From Acidobacteriota bacterium (GTDB lineage Bacteria > Acidobacteriota > Thermoanaerobaculia > UBA5066 > Gp7-AA6), in the NCBI GenBank assembly GCA_050257975.1, contig JBLMXY010000224.1, forward strand, positions 17,087 through 81,086: a stretch of DNA of 64,000 nt, written 5' to 3'. Under the pieces are notes generated by a model. The model saw only the letters and a program-made list of their open reading frames with translations, was not told where the DNA came from and did not search any database. Positions 49,113-62,148 of the stretch are shown piece after piece; position 1 is the first letter of the stretch; the number at the start of each line of letters is the position of its first letter. Position numbers and translations under genes: made by a program.

Positions 49113-50101
49113 GCGGGAGCTCCTTCCACCGCGCGGCGGTGTTCCTCGATCGCCTCGGTCACTCGCTCCGCCAACGCCAGCGCGTCCCGGCCCGCCTCCC
49201 CGGGGACCCGGGGCCGCGCCCGCTCGCGCACGCAGCGCACGAAGTCCGCGAGCTCGCGCCGCAGCGGCTCCTCCTTCTCGACCGGGAAGCGGACCGGAAG
49301 CACCTCCGGAACGCCCCGCTCGTGGGAAAGCCGAAAGGCGGTGGCGGACCGCGCGAGCAGATCGATCGAGACGTAGAGCGACGGGGCGAAGACGCGAAAC
49401 TTGCGCACTTTTTCCGGAGAGACGCGGGAGGCGGTCAGGCTGGCGACGCAGCCTCCCTCGAAGGCGATGCGGGCGTTGGCGATGTCCAGCTGCGGCGTGA
49501 GAACGGGCAGGCCCGCCGCGCGGATCTCCACGGCCGGGCGCCCGACCAGCTCGCCCACCATCTGAAGGTCGTGGATCATCAGGTCCCGGACCACGTCCAC
49601 GTCGAGGCTGCGTCCCGTGAAGGCGCCCAGGCGGTGCACTTCGACGAAGCGGGGATGCGAGAGCAGCCCGAAGGCCGCTTCGACCGCCGGGTTGTAGCGC
49701 TCGACGTGGCCCACCTGGATGATCCGTCCCGCGGCGCGGGCGCGCGCGATCAGGTCGTCGGCCTCGGCGAGGGTCACGGCGATCGGCTTCTCGATGAGGA
49801 CGTCCCGGCCCCGGTCGAGGAAGAAGCCCCCGACCTCGGCGTGGCTCACCGTCGGCGTCGCGACGATCACCGCCTGCGCGCGCGAGGCCACGGTCTCCAG
49901 GTCCGGCAGAACGTCGCAGCCGTTCTCCCGGGCGACCTCCTCCGCGCGCCCCGCGTCGATGTCGCGCACGCCGACCAGCCGCGCGCCCGGAAGACCGGCC
50001 GCGACCCGGGCGTGCTGCCGGCCGAGGTGCCCGACGCCCACGACGGCGAGCCGGATCGGCTCGCTGCCCGGGATCGGCCGTCGGTCGGCCTCGTCGCTCA
50101 C
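49109..50101 (-). CDS. Gfo/Idh/MocA-family NAD(P)-dependent oxidoreductase immediately downstream of lpxA. Candidate UDP-GlcNAc 3-dehydrogenase (GnnA-like). GTG start overlaps the lpxA stop (GTGA).
   Basis: ...IRLAVVGVGHLGRQHARV...VATPTVSHAEVGGFFLDRGRDVLIEKPIA...; C-terminal Gfo/Idh/MocA alpha/beta domain. Confidence 0.6.
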   Translation of the reverse strand: MSDEADRRPIPGSEPIRLAVVGVGHLGRQHARVAAGLPGARLVGVRDIDAGRAEEVARENGCDVLPDLETVASRAQAVIVATPTVSHAEVGGFFLDRGRDVLIEKPIAVTLAEADDLIARARAAGRIIQVGHVERYNPAVEAAFGLLSHPRFVEVHRLGAFTGRSLDVDVVRDLMIHDLQMVGELVGRPAVEIRAAGLPVLTPQLDIANARIAFEGGCVASLTASRVSPEKVRKFRVFAPSLYVSIDLLARSATAFRLSHERGVPEVLPVRFPVEKEEPLRRELADFVRCVRERARPRVPGEAGRDALALAERVTEAIEEHRRAVEGAPA

Positions 50102-50877
50102 CGGTGGAATCCCCGCTGGCTCGCGCGGATGAACTCCACGAGCGCGTCCACGTCGCGCTCGCCCGAAAGCTCCGCCCCGATCCGCTCGAGGGCCTGGGTG
50201 GTGTTGAGCTTCGAACGGATCAGCAGGCGGTAGGCCTTCTCCAGGGCTTCCAGACGGTCGGGAGAGAATCCTCGCCGCTTGAGACCGATCGCGTTGATGC
50301 CGTACGTCTTCGCGTCGGCGCCCTCGGTCTTGCAGAAGGGAAGCACGTCCTGGCGGATCACGGTGAAGGCGCCGACGTAGGCGTGGTCGCCGATGCGAAC
50401 GAACTGGTGGCAGCCGACGTAGGCGCCGAGGAAGACCCAGTCGCCCACGTCGATGTGGCCCGCCAGCCCCACGTAGTTGGCCAGCACCGCGTGCGATCCG
50501 ATCCGGCAGTCGTGGGCCACGTGGCTGTAGGCCATGAAGAGATTCTCGTCGCCGATCGAAGTCTCCCCGTGGCCGCCCGCGGTGCCCCGGTGGATCGTGC
50601 AGAACTCCCGAAACACGTTGCGGCTTCCCACGGTCAGGCGCGTTCGCTCCCCGCGGTACTTCAGATCCTGCGGGTCGAAACCCACGACGGCGAAGGGAAA
50701 GATCCGATTGCCCTCTCCCATCGTCGTCGGGCCCTGAATCTGCGCGTGGGCGCCCACCGACGTGCCGCGCCCCAGTCGAACCTCGGGGCCGATGAGGGCA
50801 TGCGGCCCGACGGTGACCCCCGGGTCGAGCTGCGCCTCGGGCGAGACGATCGCCGTGGGATGGATCTCGGCCGTCAC
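50098..50877 (-). CDS. lpxA: UDP-N-acetylglucosamine O-acyltransferase. GTG start at 50877 overlaps the fabZ stop (GTGA).
   Basis: VTAEIHPTAIVSPEAQLDPGVTVGPHALIGPEVRLGRGTSVGAHAQIQG... hexapeptide repeats, plus the LpxA C-terminal helical domain (...TYGINAIGLKRRGFSPDRLEALEKAYRLL...). Confidence 0.92.
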   Translation of the reverse strand: MTAEIHPTAIVSPEAQLDPGVTVGPHALIGPEVRLGRGTSVGAHAQIQGPTTMGEGNRIFPFAVVGFDPQDLKYRGERTRLTVGSRNVFREFCTIHRGTAGGHGETSIGDENLFMAYSHVAHDCRIGSHAVLANYVGLAGHIDVGDWVFLGAYVGCHQFVRIGDHAYVGAFTVIRQDVLPFCKTEGADAKTYGINAIGLKRRGFSPDRLEALEKAYRLLIRSKLNTTQALERIGAELSGERDVDALVEFIRASQRGFHR

Positions 50878-51311
50878 GGCCGGTCGACCAGGACCGACAT
50901 CAGCTCCGCCTCGGCGCAGAGCGCGCCGTCCACCAGAGCCCGCGCCCGGCACTTGCAGGTGCGCATCTTCAGGGAAACGATCTCGGCTTCCAGGCGCAGC
51001 CGATCCCCGGGCACGACCGGGCGCCGGAATTTCGCGCGGTCGACGCCCGCCATGTAGAGCAGCTTCTTCTGCGGGTCGGGCACCGTTCCGAGCAAGCCCA
51101 CCCCCGCGACCTGCGCCATGGCCTCGATGATGAGAACCCCTGGCATCACGGGGTTGCCCGGGAAGTGCCCCTGGAAGAATTCCTCGTTGAACGTGACGTT
51201 CTTGATCCCGACCACGCGCTTGCCGGCCTCGAGCTCCAGGATGCGATCCACGAGCAGAAAGGGATAGCGATGCGGCAGGATCTTCAGGATCTCGCCGATT
51301 CCGAGCTCCAC
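50874..51311 (-). CDS. fabZ: 3-hydroxyacyl-ACP dehydratase FabZ.
   Basis: MELGIGEILKILPHRYPFLLVDRILELEAGKRVVGIKNVTFNEEFFQGHFPGNPVMPGVLIIEAMAQ.... Confidence 0.95.
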   Translation of the reverse strand: MELGIGEILKILPHRYPFLLVDRILELEAGKRVVGIKNVTFNEEFFQGHFPGNPVMPGVLIIEAMAQVAGVGLLGTVPDPQKKLLYMAGVDRAKFRRPVVPGDRLRLEAEIVSLKMRTCKCRARALVDGALCAEAELMSVLVDRP

Positions 51312-52405
51312 GTGCTCCCTCCTTTGCCGGCCTCCTGCAGGCGCCTTTCCAGATCCTCCACGCGCCGCGCGAGCTCCGGCAGACGCGCGATCCAGGCCGC
51401 CCGCTTCAGAAACTCGCGGTGCGGCGCCGCCGGCATCCCGGAGACGACCGCTCCGGCTTCCACCTTCGCGCCGGTCACGATTCCCGACTGCGCCGTGGCG
51501 ATCGCGCCGTCGCCGATCGTCGCGTGATCCGCGACGCCGGCCTGGCCCGCCAGGGTGACCCGGCGGCCGATGCGCGTCGAGCCCGCGACTCCCGCCTGAC
51601 CGCAGAGCAGCGAATGCTCGCCGACCACCACGTTGTGCCCAATCTGCACGAGGTTGTCGATCTTGGTGCCCCGGCCGACCACGGTCTCCCCGAGGGTGGC
51701 GCGGTCGATGGCCGCGTTGGCGCCGACCTCGACGTCATCTTCCAGGCGCACGATGCCCAGCTGCGGGATCTTGCGGTGCCGGCGCCCGTCCCAGACGTAA
51801 CCGAAGCCGTCCGATCCGACGACGGCGCCCGCGTGGAGGACGCAGCGAGCTCCGATCCGGCAGCCGTCGTAGACGACCGCATTGGGGTGCAGGAAGCCGT
51901 CTTCGCCGATCTCCACACCCGCGCCGACCCGGGCTCCCGGCCCGATGACCGTGCGCGCTCCGATCCGGGCCCGCGGGCCGACCGTCGCTCCCGCGGCCAC
52001 CGAAACGCCTCGGCCGAGGCGGGCGGTGCCGTGCACGTGCGCCCCGCGGGCGACACCCGCCTTCGGGCGAGCCGGCGGCGCGAGCGTCTCGAGCCAGGTC
52101 GCGAGCGCCTGCAGCGGTTCGGCGACGACGACGGCCGGGCGCCCGCCGGCGAGCTCGGCCGACCCCGCCAGGAGCGCGCCGGCGCGGCTGGCCCGCGCCT
52201 GGGCGGCCCGGCGCGAGTCCGCGACGAAGGAGAGGTCCTCGGGGCCCGCCTCGTCGAGACCGCGGACGCCGGACAGCCGCATCCCGGGGTCGCCACGAAC
52301 CCGGCCGCCCACCGCGCGCGCCACGTCGGCCAGAGTGAAATCGCGCGGTCCCGGGCGCTCCGGGACGCGTCGCGGGCGGGATCCGGTCCGCTTGGCGGCT
52401 TTCAC
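51284..52405 (-). CDS. lpxD: UDP-3-O-acylglucosamine N-acyltransferase. The start is probably internal (~52360).
   Basis: ...FTLADVARAVGGRVRGD..., long left-handed beta-helix hexapeptide region, ...GSDGFGYV.... The conserved bamA-skp-lpxD-fabZ-lpxA order is present. Confidence 0.9.
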   Translation of the reverse strand: MKAAKRTGSRPRRVPERPGPRDFTLADVARAVGGRVRGDPGMRLSGVRGLDEAGPEDLSFVADSRRAAQARASRAGALLAGSAELAGGRPAVVVAEPLQALATWLETLAPPARPKAGVARGAHVHGTARLGRGVSVAAGATVGPRARIGARTVIGPGARVGAGVEIGEDGFLHPNAVVYDGCRIGARCVLHAGAVVGSDGFGYVWDGRRHRKIPQLGIVRLEDDVEVGANAAIDRATLGETVVGRGTKIDNLVQIGHNVVVGEHSLLCGQAGVAGSTRIGRRVTLAGQAGVADHATIGDGAIATAQSGIVTGAKVEAGAVVSGMPAAPHREFLKRAAWIARLPELARRVEDLERRLQEAGKGGSTWSSESARS

Positions 52406-52535
52406 CGGGGCGGATAGTACTAGGGTTGAGCGGCGGTCGGTAGCTCGGACCCGGCGCCGACCCGAGACGCGCCCGGCCGCGCCGGGCGCGAATCCGCGAA
52501 GCTCGAGAAACCGGCGGGGCCGTCCCGCGTTCGCC

Positions 52536-53168
52536 CTACGAGGGCTTCTTCGGGGTCGGCTTCGGCTGCGCCGCCGCGGCGGGCTTCGACTGCGCCGCCG
52601 CGGCCGGAGCCGCGGGAGCGGGCACCGCCACGGTCGTGTTGAAGCGCTTCAAGACCTCGTCGGTGACGTCCACGCCCTCGTCGGCGAAGACGAGCCCCGA
52701 CTGGAATTTGTTGAAGATCAGCGTGTAGCCCTTTTCCTTGCCCACCTGCGTGATGACCGGCATCACCCGTTTCTGGAGCTCTTCGAGCTCCTTCTTCTGG
52801 GCCTCCTCGAGCTGCCGCTGCGCGTCGTCCTGGAATCTCTTGAAGGCGATCGCCTTCTCCTGGTACGTCTTCTGAAGCGCCTCTTTCTTGTCGTCGGCGA
52901 GCGAAGCTCCCTGGTCGGCGAGCTTCTGCTCCATCTCGCGCAGCTCCTTGGTCAGCTTGTCTCCCTCGTCCTTCTTCTGGTCGGCGAGCTTCTTGACGCG
53001 CGCGAAGGCTTCCTTACCGAGAGCGGAATCCGTCACGAGGCGGTCGACATTGATGACCGCGATCTTCACAGGCCCCGGCGCCGCCGCCGTCGACGCCGCC
53101 GGGCCCGTCTGGGCCGAGGCGACCGCCACCGCACCGGCCGCGGCGAGCGAGAGCAGGATGCGCTTCAT
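52536..53168 (-). CDS. skp: Periplasmic chaperone Skp (OmpH).
   Basis: Signal peptide; coiled-coil Lys/Glu-rich protein (...KIAVINVDRLVTDSALGKEAFARVKKLADQKKDEG...). Strong SD (AAAGGAGTCAGAAGAATG). Position between bamA and lpxD. Confidence 0.88.
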   Translation of the reverse strand: MKRILLSLAAAGAVAVASAQTGPAASTAAAPGPVKIAVINVDRLVTDSALGKEAFARVKKLADQKKDEGDKLTKELREMEQKLADQGASLADDKKEALQKTYQEKAIAFKRFQDDAQRQLEEAQKKELEELQKRVMPVITQVGKEKGYTLIFNKFQSGLVFADEGVDVTDEVLKRFNTTVAVPAPAAPAAAAQSKPAAAAQPKPTPKKPS

Positions 53169-53307
53169 TCTTCTGACTCCTTTTTTCCCGGCCAGTCCGC
53201 GCCCGGCGGGGAAAGAACGGCGAATACTAGCAAAGTCCCGAGGTCGAAGAACAGGGCCCCCTTCGGGCGCATTCCCCCGGGGCAGGCGCCGCGCGGCGGC
53301 TCTCTCG

Positions 53308-55827
53308 CTAGAAGGTCCTTCCGATCGAGAAGAGGAACCCCGATTTTTTCTCCTTCAGGCTGTTGATGGGGAAGCCGAACTGGTCGAGCGGCTGGACCGT
53401 GACCGGGTTGAAGAAATAGATGAACCGCAGCGGCGCCTGGAAGATCGGCAGGAAGATCCGCAGCTCGCCGCCGACGGAATAGCGCAAGTCCCCCGGATTG
53501 AAGGACTGCGAATCGAAGTAGGTGTTGCCCAGGTCGGCGAAGAGCAGCATCTTGCCCGGCCCGAACTGCAGGAACGTGTACTCGAGGTTGAGCACCCAGA
53601 ACTTGTTGCCCCCGAGGATGCGCCCGAGATCGTCGGTGAAGACCTGATTGTTCTTCTGGAGCGGCAGGATCGATCCGGTCTGAAAGCCCCGCAGGCTCTG
53701 CTCGCCGCCCAGCTGGAAGCGCTCGAAGATCGGAATCTCGTGGCCCGCGTAGTTGGCCACCCAGCCGCCTTCCAGGTTCGCCGCGATGTAGGCGTGGCGC
53801 GGGAAGCGGACCGGGAAGTAGAGGGTGCCTCCCAGGATCGGCTTGAAGAAGTAGTCGGTTCCCCCGAGCGCGCCGCCGGCGATCTGGACGCTCGCGAACG
53901 CGCGGCGTCCCGCGGTCGGATCGAACGGATCGTTGCGGCTGTCGTAGCGATACGCCGGCGTGAAGGACGAGGTCCGTCCGCGCGTGTCCGTGAGCTTGTC
54001 CGGGGGGACGGGCTGGCCGGGGGGAACCGGCGCCCCGCGCACCGGGTAGTTGGCCTTGACGCTCTCGTACTGGTAGAGCAGATTCCAGGAGTCGAAGAGC
54101 CCGATCCCGCGGCCGTAGAACACGCTCGTCCCCTGCCGCTTCTCGTCGATGTTGAGGTAGTCGGCGGTGCGCCGGTAGATCGAAAACCCGACCGACTGGT
54201 TGCGGTCCATGAACCAGGGGATCGTGTAGGAGAGGTCGTAGAAACTCGAGATCGCTCCGACCTGCGCCGAGACGGCCAGGATCTCGCCGCGTCCGAGGAA
54301 ATTGCGGGTCTGGAAGGAGAACTGGCCGAAGAATTTGTCCACGGCCGAGTAGCCCGCCCCGAACTGGATCTCGTTGCGCGAGGTCTCCTGTCCCTTGAGG
54401 GTCAGATCGACCTTCTTCTCCTCGGGGCGCACGCTGAAGTCCGGCTCCTCCGAGATCTTGAAGTAGCCGAGTTGCTGAAGTTTCTGAAGGCTGCGCTTGA
54501 CGGCGTCCATGTCCATCACCGCGCCCTCGTCCAGGGCAAACTCGCGCCGGATCACTTTGTCCCGGGTGATGGTGTTGCCCTTGACCTCGAACCGGCCCAG
54601 GTAGAACTTCTCGCCCTCGTACAGCCGGACGTCGATGTCCACGCGATGGTTGCCCACTTCCTTGTAGGCCGGGTCCGCGAACCAGTAGATGTAGCCGTTC
54701 GACTTGTAAAGGGCCTCGACCTGCGAGAGGGCCTCGACCAGCCGGTCCCGGTTCAGGACCGTCCCCGGCTTGAGCTCGAAGAACTTGTCGAGAATCATCT
54801 TCCGGGGAAAGACCATCGGAGCGCCGTCCTCGACGGGCTTGCCCGACTGGTCGACCCGCTCGACCCGGATCTCGTTGACGAAGAACTGGTCCCCCTCGAC
54901 GATCGGGATCGTGATGCGGACGGCGCGCTTGATCTTCTTCGGGGACGCCTTCGGATTCTTGATGAAGATGTCGAGCGTGGGGTCCTTCACCACCACGTCC
55001 TTGTATCCCTTCGCGTGGTAGACCGCCTTGATGTTCTCGACGTCCGCCTCGTAGTTGGCCTGGCTGTAGGTCGTGTTCTCCGAGAAGACGCGCCAGAAGG
55101 TGTTGACCTTGGTCTTCTTCATCGCGTTTCGCAGGCGCCAGGCCGGAAACACCTTGTTCCCCTGGAACTGGATCGAAGCGATCTTGATCTTGTCTCCCTC
55201 GTCGATCGTGAAGACGACCTTCTTCTCGGTCTTCGAGAGGTCCTCGACGTGGAAGTCGACGCTGACGCTGCGGTATCCCTGCTCGAGGTAGTAGTCGGAG
55301 ATCACGGACCGCACGCGCGCGATCTCCCGCAGGGACAGGGGCGAGCCCCCGCGGATCTCGATCTTCTCCTCCTTCAGGCGATCCTTGATCTGCGAGGTCG
55401 AGATCTTCTTGTTCCCGACGAAGTCCACTGCGGTGATCGTCGGCCGCTCCTCGATCGTGATCACCAGAGTGACGCCCCGGGGATCGTGCTCGGCCTCGAT
55501 CGTGACGTTGTCCAGAAGCCCCACGTCCCAGAGCGAGTGGAAATGAGCGCGAATCGCCTCCGGGTCGTACGGGTCGCCGACCTTGACGCCCAGATAGTGC
55601 GCGACCGTGTCGGGGGACACCGTCTGGTAGCCCACGACGCGGATGCCGACGATCTTCTCGCCCGTCGCGCCCGAGGGCGCCGGGGCCGGCGCGGCCGGGG
55701 GAGCCTGCGAGGACGGCGCCGGGGTCGGGACGGGTGTGACCGCCGGAGAGGGGGTCTGCGCCCGCAGCGTCGCGCCGCACAGGAAGCCGACCAGGAGCAG
55801 ACCCCTTCCGGCCGCGAGTCGACTCAA
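53308..55827 (-). CDS. bamA: Outer membrane protein assembly factor BamA (five POTRA domains plus an Omp85 beta-barrel).
   Basis: 839 aa. Signal peptide, POTRA repeats, C-terminal barrel ending ...GFLFSIGRTF (terminal aromatic). Confidence 0.95.
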   Translation of the reverse strand: MSRLAAGRGLLLVGFLCGATLRAQTPSPAVTPVPTPAPSSQAPPAAPAPAPSGATGEKIVGIRVVGYQTVSPDTVAHYLGVKVGDPYDPEAIRAHFHSLWDVGLLDNVTIEAEHDPRGVTLVITIEERPTITAVDFVGNKKISTSQIKDRLKEEKIEIRGGSPLSLREIARVRSVISDYYLEQGYRSVSVDFHVEDLSKTEKKVVFTIDEGDKIKIASIQFQGNKVFPAWRLRNAMKKTKVNTFWRVFSENTTYSQANYEADVENIKAVYHAKGYKDVVVKDPTLDIFIKNPKASPKKIKRAVRITIPIVEGDQFFVNEIRVERVDQSGKPVEDGAPMVFPRKMILDKFFELKPGTVLNRDRLVEALSQVEALYKSNGYIYWFADPAYKEVGNHRVDIDVRLYEGEKFYLGRFEVKGNTITRDKVIRREFALDEGAVMDMDAVKRSLQKLQQLGYFKISEEPDFSVRPEEKKVDLTLKGQETSRNEIQFGAGYSAVDKFFGQFSFQTRNFLGRGEILAVSAQVGAISSFYDLSYTIPWFMDRNQSVGFSIYRRTADYLNIDEKRQGTSVFYGRGIGLFDSWNLLYQYESVKANYPVRGAPVPPGQPVPPDKLTDTRGRTSSFTPAYRYDSRNDPFDPTAGRRAFASVQIAGGALGGTDYFFKPILGGTLYFPVRFPRHAYIAANLEGGWVANYAGHEIPIFERFQLGGEQSLRGFQTGSILPLQKNNQVFTDDLGRILGGNKFWVLNLEYTFLQFGPGKMLLFADLGNTYFDSQSFNPGDLRYSVGGELRIFLPIFQAPLRFIYFFNPVTVQPLDQFGFPINSLKEKKSGFLFSIGRTF

Positions 55828-56034
55828 GCCCCGCTCCCGCGGGAGCCGCCCTGCCCCGTGCCGATCTTCCCGAAGCCTCTCTCCATCGCGCTTTCCGTTC
55901 GAACGAAGGGCAAGCCTAACTTGTTCCTCGCCCGGAGGAAACGCTCCTGAGAGAGACCCGACGAAAAAGAATGCGGGAGGCGGCGGCGCGGGCGACGCCC
56001 GGACGCGGCGCGCCCCGCGGCCGGGGCGATCGCC

Positions 56035-58467
<2,433 letters not shown>

Positions 58468-58503
58468 CGGCGGCGGGCAAGCAGGCCATCTCCAGCTGGG
58501 GCC

Positions 58504-59199
58504 CTATACCCGCCCCGCGTAACCCGGCGCGGGAGAGATTCCTTCCCGGGACATGACGAAAATTTTATCACAGCGTCTCGCGAGATCCGGGTTGTGGGTT
58601 ACCAGAACCGTGCTCATGCCCCGCTCCCGGTGCAACTCCTCGATCAGATCGAAGACGCGCGCGGCGGATTCGGCGTCGAGATTGCCGGTCGGCTCGTCCG
58701 CGAGGAGCAGGCCGGGGCCCCGCGCCAGGGCCCGCGCGATCGCGACGCGCTGCTGCTCGCCACCCGAGAGGGCGCGCGGGCGGTGATCCCCGCGGTCGGC
58801 CAGCCCCACTCGCTCGAGCAGCTCCCGCGCGCGGCGGCGCGCCTCCCCCGGCGCGACTCCCGCGATGCGGTGCGGGAAGGCCACGTTCTCCTCGGCGGTG
58901 AACTCGGGCAGCAGGTGGTGAAACTGGAAGACGAAGCCGATCCGGGCGTTGCGAAACCGGGCGCGCTCGGGCGCCGGCATCTCCGCCAGGGAGGCGCCGA
59001 ACACCTCGACCCGCCCCGAGTCGGGACGGTCGATGCCGCCGAGCAGGTGAAGCAGGGTGGACTTGCCCACGCCGGAGGGCCCCATGATCGCGGCGAAGAC
59101 CCTTTCCGGAAGGTCGAAGGACAGGTTGCGAAAGACCTCGACGGGAGCGACCTCGCCGGCATAGGTCTTCGTGAGGTTTTGCGCCCGGATTGCGAGCAT
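58504..59199 (-). CDS. lolD: ABC transporter ATP-binding protein (LolD/MacB-type, lipoprotein-release-like). ATG ~59199.
   Basis: MLAIRAQNLTKTYAGEV...IMGPSGVGKSTLLHLLGGIDRPDSGRV...LSGGEQQRVAIARALARGPGLLLADEPTGNLD.... The upstream 145 aa of the 376-aa track ORF are spurious. Confidence 0.8.
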   Translation of the reverse strand: MLAIRAQNLTKTYAGEVAPVEVFRNLSFDLPERVFAAIMGPSGVGKSTLLHLLGGIDRPDSGRVEVFGASLAEMPAPERARFRNARIGFVFQFHHLLPEFTAEENVAFPHRIAGVAPGEARRRARELLERVGLADRGDHRPRALSGGEQQRVAIARALARGPGLLLADEPTGNLDAESAARVFDLIEELHRERGMSTVLVTHNPDLARRCDKIFVMSREGISPAPGYAGRV

Positions 59200-59281
59200 C
59201 AGTTCGGTGTCCGGGATCCGGTTTTCGGTGTCCGGGACGTCCCTCCGGACGCCGGACACCGACCACCGGGCACCGTCCTCT

Positions 59282-60463
59282 TCATCGCGACAGCTCGACG
59301 GCTTCGCCCGGGGCGATCCGGGCCGCCGCGCGCGCGGGAAGCAGCGCCGCGGCGATCGCCGTTCCGAAGGCGAACACGGCGACCAGCAGGACGTCGCGCG
59401 GGTGCACCGCGAACGGGACGTGGGTGAACACGTACACGTCGGCCGGGAGCGGCAGCACCCGGTACCGGTCGAGCACGACCGAAGCGGCGACACCCAGGGC
59501 CAGCCCGGCGGCCGTGCCGATTCCGCCGATGGCCGCGCCGAGCACGAGATAGATCCGGGCGAGCGAGCGGGGAGGGGCGCCCATGGTCGTGAACACCCCC
59601 AGGTCGCGCTTCTTTTCCACGACGAGCAGCGCAAGGTTCGAAACGACGTTGAAGGCCGCGACCAGGATGATCAGGGCGACGGTCGCGAACATGACGAGCT
59701 TCTCCAGGCGCAGCGCGAAAGAGAGGGGCGCGTTCCGGTCGCGCCAGGTCTCGATCCGGTAGCCCGCCCCCAGCCGGCCGGCGAGGTCCCGGGCCGCGCG
59801 CTCGACGGCGAAAGGATCCGCCAGCCGCGCTTCGAACGCGCGCGCGCCAGCGTTCTGTCCCGAGAGGATTCGCGCGACCGACTCGGGAACTTCAACCTCG
59901 GGCGACTTCTCGAGCGGCGCCCGGCGTCCGACGTCGGCGACGCGCAGGACGACGGAGACCGGAATGGGGCCGATCGGAGAAAGTCGCGCCCGCGAGGAGG
60001 TCAGACGCACCCGATCGCCGGCGCCGATCCCGATCCGAAAGGCGATCGGAGCGGCGACGAGGACCGCCGGCTCGGGCCCGCCGGAGGTCTCCAGGCTCCC
60101 GGCGGTCGCGTTGCGGTAGCGCACCGGCATCGCCGCGCCCCCCGCGGCCGCGCTGATCCAGCCACGCCCCTCGACCACCGGCTCGACGGCGAGAACCCCC
60201 GGGACCGAGGCCATCGCGGCGCGGACGCGCTCCGGGTCGGCCACCGCCGCGCCTCGCTCCGGGGAGACCGTCAGGTGCGGGCTCCTCTCGGCCATCTGGG
60301 CACGGATGCGGTCCTGGAAGCCGGACAGAAGCGACAGCGCGATCACCAGCGCCGCGACGCCGACCGCGAGCCCCAGAACCGAGATGGTCGAGATCAGCGC
60401 GACGTGGGCCGTCTTGCGCGAGGCGGCGAGGTACCGCAGCGCGACGAAGGACTCGAAGCTCAT
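59282..60463 (-). CDS. lolC: Lipoprotein-releasing system permease (LolC/LolE, FtsX-like with a MacB periplasmic domain).
   Basis: MSFESFVALRYLAASRKTAHVALISTISVLGLAVGVAALVIALSLLSGF...; C-terminal FtsX four-helix region. Confidence 0.8.
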   Translation of the reverse strand: MSFESFVALRYLAASRKTAHVALISTISVLGLAVGVAALVIALSLLSGFQDRIRAQMAERSPHLTVSPERGAAVADPERVRAAMASVPGVLAVEPVVEGRGWISAAAGGAAMPVRYRNATAGSLETSGGPEPAVLVAAPIAFRIGIGAGDRVRLTSSRARLSPIGPIPVSVVLRVADVGRRAPLEKSPEVEVPESVARILSGQNAGARAFEARLADPFAVERAARDLAGRLGAGYRIETWRDRNAPLSFALRLEKLVMFATVALIILVAAFNVVSNLALLVVEKKRDLGVFTTMGAPPRSLARIYLVLGAAIGGIGTAAGLALGVAASVVLDRYRVLPLPADVYVFTHVPFAVHPRDVLLVAVFAFGTAIAAALLPARAAARIAPGEAVELSR

Positions 60464-60506
60464 GGCCCCTTCTCCTTCCCCTCGCCTGGTGCGCCGTCGG
60501 GAGGGA

Positions 60507-62072
<1,566 letters not shown>

Positions 62073-62148
62073 GAGCGGGGAGTATACGGGGGGCGGGCGG
62101 GCGGCCGAGGGGGGGAGACGATCGGTCCGGACGGCTTCGTCCCGCTCC

